In this document: positions 61,369 through 64,000 of the stretch, one piece after another
How the letters are laid out: the number at the start of each line of letters is the position of its first letter
Position numbering within the stretch: position 1 is the stretch's first letter
Source of the DNA: Nitrospirota bacterium
GTDB taxonomy: Bacteria > Nitrospirota > Nitrospiria > JACRHA01
Reading direction: 5' to 3'
DNA: 64,000 nucleotides
NCBI GenBank assembly: GCA_016234185.1
Contig: JACRHA010000056.1
Location: 5,553 to 69,552 of the forward strand
Position numbers and translations under genes: made by a program
Notes under the pieces: generated by a model
Database searches by the model: none
Told to the model about the DNA's origin: nothing
The model's input: the letters and a program-made list of their open reading frames with translations, nothing else

Positions 61369-61652
61369 TGCCCCTCCTCTGCCTTGATCCTGGCCTTTTT
61401 CAGGGTCTCTTCATGGATCCGCTGCATTATCTTCTTGATCTCCTCATGCTCATGAAGATCCCCTTCTCCATTAGTTATCATTTCAAAGGCAACCATCCCT
61501 AAATTGCGGTATGAAGCCTTGATCTCCTTCTCGATATTATCCACCTGCATCTTAAGCCCGATCCTGTCTGTTTCCTTTGCTAATTTTCCCGCTATCTCTC
61601 CTGCCCCTCCGGCTATGATCTTAATCCCCCTCTTTAAGTCCCTTCCGATCAT
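61365..61652 (-). CDS. Hypothetical small helical protein
   Basis: 95-aa ORF coupled to the lipoprotein start. Confidence 0.6.
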   Translation of the reverse strand: MIGRDLKRGIKIIAGGAGEIAGKLAKETDRIGLKMQVDNIEKEIKASYRNLGMVAFEMITNGEGDLHEHEEIKKIMQRIHEETLKKARIKAEEGQ

Positions 61653-61851
61653 TACTAACCTTTACAATCGTCTATTTTTATTTTACATAATAGGGTGTTA
61701 AATATCAAGCAATTCCTGGTTCACAGGTAGGCAAAAGTATCCTATCAGGGAAGAAGATTCCTACCGGAACAGAGGGGGCAGGGCTTTTACTTTTTATATG
61801 AAACTCAAATAAATCAATCTGATAGCGCAATTCAGGTTCAACGAATTGTAG

Positions 61852-61867
61852 TGGCATACCAGTTGCA
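61852..61867 (+). promoter_or_regulatory. Sigma-54 promoter of flgFGA
   Basis: TGGCAT-N5-TTGCA (-24/-12). Confidence 0.85.
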
Positions 61868-61899
61868 AAAGACATAGTGCCAATGGAGGAAGAAGGGAC

Positions 61900-62631
61900 A
61901 TGAACAGAGGAATATATCCGTTATTATCAGGCGGGATTGCCCAGGAAATGAAGCTTGAGATGATATCCAATAACCTCTCAAATATAAATACAATCGGTTA
62001 TAAAAAAGATAAGGCAATATTCAAGTCTTATTTACCTTCTTATAATGAACCATATCCAGATGGCGGATCTTTCTTCGGTAAGGATAAGGCCTTCGTACAG
62101 TATGACAGGTCCGTGATAGACCTTTCAGGGGGACCTATAAAAAATACAGGGAACAAGCTTGACCTGGCCATAAACGGTGATGGTTTCTTTGCGATAGAAA
62201 AGGACGGGGGTACGAGATATACACGGAACGGGAATTTTTCATTAGATGACCAGAGGAGGATCGTTACTCAAGATGGTGATCCGGTTCTTGGCGAGGGTGG
62301 GCCGATCCAGCTTCCGGAGGGAGAAATTACGGTTGACGAGAAGGGGACTGTATATGCCGGCAACCAGGAGGCCGGCATGCTCAGGATAGTAACCTTTGCG
62401 AACCAGGATAACCTGGAAAAGGAGGGGGAATCTCTCCTCTCGGGCGGCGCTGAACAGCCGTCTGAGAAATTTTCGGTTGTGCAGGGGGCCCTTGAGCAGT
62501 CGAATGTGAATACCATAGAGGAGATGGCATCCATGATTGAGGTATTGAGGGGATATGAATCTTATCAGAAAGCAATACAGACCATTGATGAGATTAATTC
62601 AAGGTCAGTAACCGAGATAGGGAGGGTTTAG
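61900..62631 (+). CDS. flgF: Flagellar basal-body rod protein FlgF
   Basis: SNNLSNINTIGYK, DLAINGDGFF, YTRNGNF, LEQSNVN. Confidence 0.92.
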   Translation: MNRGIYPLLSGGIAQEMKLEMISNNLSNINTIGYKKDKAIFKSYLPSYNEPYPDGGSFFGKDKAFVQYDRSVIDLSGGPIKNTGNKLDLAINGDGFFAIEKDGGTRYTRNGNFSLDDQRRIVTQDGDPVLGEGGPIQLPEGEITVDEKGTVYAGNQEAGMLRIVTFANQDNLEKEGESLLSGGAEQPSEKFSVVQGALEQSNVNTIEEMASMIEVLRGYESYQKAIQTIDEINSRSVTEIGRV

Positions 62632-62635
62632 TAAG

Positions 62636-63424
62636 ATGATAAGATCGCTATGGATATCTGCATCAGGTATGGCCGGGCAACAGGTAAACCTCGATGTAAT
62701 CTCTAACAATCTTGCCAACGTAAATACTGTAGGTTTCAAGAGGAGCAGGGCAGATTTTCAGGACCTCCTTTATCAGAATGTGAAATCTGCCGGGACGGCC
62801 TCAGGCACAGGGACACAGGTGCCGACAGGTATACAGCTTGGGTCAGGGGTTCGTCCTGTTGCGGTGCAGAAGTTATTTATCCAGGGAGATTTCCAGGAGA
62901 CCCAGAGTGAGCTGGATATGGCTGTTGAGGGGGATGGGTTCTTCCAGATAACAAAGCCTGACGGGGAGATAGCATATACCAGGGCAGGTTCATTCAAAAA
63001 GGACAGCGATGGTAGGATGGTGAGCTCAGATGGGTATCCCCTTGAACCATCTGTTGCTATTCCTAGCAATGCATCGAAGGTAACCATAAGCAGTGATGGT
63101 ATTGTATCTGCCGAGGTGTCAGGCAGCTCGGCGCCGACCAACATAGGTAAGATCGAGCTTGCACGGTTCGTAAACCCTTCCGGATTAAACAGTATCGGCA
63201 AAAACCTTTTTCTCCCGACTGCCTCATCCGGGGATCCGATTACAGGGAAGCCCGGACAGGATGGTTTTGGGACGATATCCCAGGGATATCTGGAGTCGTC
63301 GAACGTTAATATTGCCGAAGAGATGATTAACATGATCATCGGTCAAAGGGCGTACGAGATTAACTCAAAGTCGATCCAGACGGCCGATGAGGTCCTCCAG
63401 ACGGCAAATAACCTGAGGCGGTAA
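62636..63424 (+). CDS. flgG: Flagellar distal rod protein FlgG
   Basis: MIRSLWISASGM, FQDLLYQ, QRAYEINSK. Confidence 0.97.
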   Translation: MIRSLWISASGMAGQQVNLDVISNNLANVNTVGFKRSRADFQDLLYQNVKSAGTASGTGTQVPTGIQLGSGVRPVAVQKLFIQGDFQETQSELDMAVEGDGFFQITKPDGEIAYTRAGSFKKDSDGRMVSSDGYPLEPSVAIPSNASKVTISSDGIVSAEVSGSSAPTNIGKIELARFVNPSGLNSIGKNLFLPTASSGDPITGKPGQDGFGTISQGYLESSNVNIAEEMINMIIGQRAYEINSKSIQTADEVLQTANNLRR

Positions 63425-63445
63425 CTTTATATGGAGAAAGGCAAG

Positions 63446-64000
63446 ATGATAGGATGCAATTTGTTTAAAAAGCTTTTGCCGGCAGTGGTCTTCCTTGGTC
63501 TTGTTGGCAGCCCTCCCCTCTTTCCTAAAGAGATCAGGAATGTTACCACCGATGATTGGATAAGGGATGTTATTGCCCATTACGTGGAAGGGCAGATGCC
63601 ATGGGCAGAAGACCATGTCAGGGTCGATCTGATCGGATCAGCAGAGAAGGTTTTTGTATCAGAGGATAAAATGGAATATAACGTGAGCATCAAGGATAGC
63701 AGGGGCCTCCTCGGAAGAAGGCTTTTTCAGATCGAATTCAAGAAGGATGGGGAAAATTTCAAAACAATCAAGACGACAGCGGATGTGAGGGTAGAGATGG
63801 ATGTTGTTGCCCTGTCACATCCTATTAAGAAGAATCAGATAATCAGGGAAGATGACCTCTATTTGAAAAAGATCGGGCTTTATGATCTGAGCGGGAGCCT
63901 CTTATTCGACCCCGGGGCCGTTATTGGAAAGAGGGTCAAGAGGTTTATCAAGCCCGGCACACTGCTGACCGAGGAGATGATCGAAGAGGCGCCCCTCGTA
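63446..64000 (+). CDS. flgA: P-ring chaperone FlgA (runs off the window)
   Basis: Open to the window end; SAF-like VVALSHPIKKNQIIREDDL...IGKRVKRFIKPG...PLV; follows flgG. Confidence 0.85.
   Translation, partial: MIGCNLFKKLLPAVVFLGLVGSPPLFPKEIRNVTTDDWIRDVIAHYVEGQMPWAEDHVRVDLIGSAEKVFVSEDKMEYNVSIKDSRGLLGRRLFQIEFKKDGENFKTIKTTADVRVEMDVVALSHPIKKNQIIREDDLYLKKIGLYDLSGSLLFDPGAVIGKRVKRFIKPGTLLTEEMIEEAPLV

Noticed and set aside
61726..61764. Weak TAGG-N9-CCTA palindromes as enhancer sites for the sigma-54 promoter
   Set aside because: Position is plausible but the motif is too degenerate to call.

Overview
Bacterial chromosome segment. Gene content and order (ruvC-yebC, DUF1844-tamB-bamA, DUF4390-ntrY-ntrX-trxB, ABC pair-dnaE-accA) are compatible with a Nitrospirota/deltaproteobacteria-like organism; this is an inference. 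Core loci are OM biogenesis, NtrYX, molybdate uptake (modEABC), dnaE/accA, a sigma-28-type motAB-che cluster, a biotin operon, ppx and a sigma-54-type flgFGA start. There are two decayed accessory islands: about 15.7-19.1 kb (toxin-antitoxin genes, integron attI/attC remnants, a dead RAYT transposase) and about 27.8-30.9 kb (a type I R-M remnant carrying DUF1016, ORF6N and Fic cargo). The most striking signal is a modular family of short structured repeats. A ~72-bp GC-rich element occurs in 11 near-full copies plus fragments. It is always co-oriented with the local transcript, shows compensatory hairpin changes, nests other palindromes, and sits in-frame inside bioF, bioD and cheA; other repeat families are also translated inside cheA and cheB. 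Also notable: a porin + small periplasmic protein + MCP module inside the chemotaxis operon, an Arg-rich CheW extension, and three copies of the hsdM 3' junction separating cargo genes.
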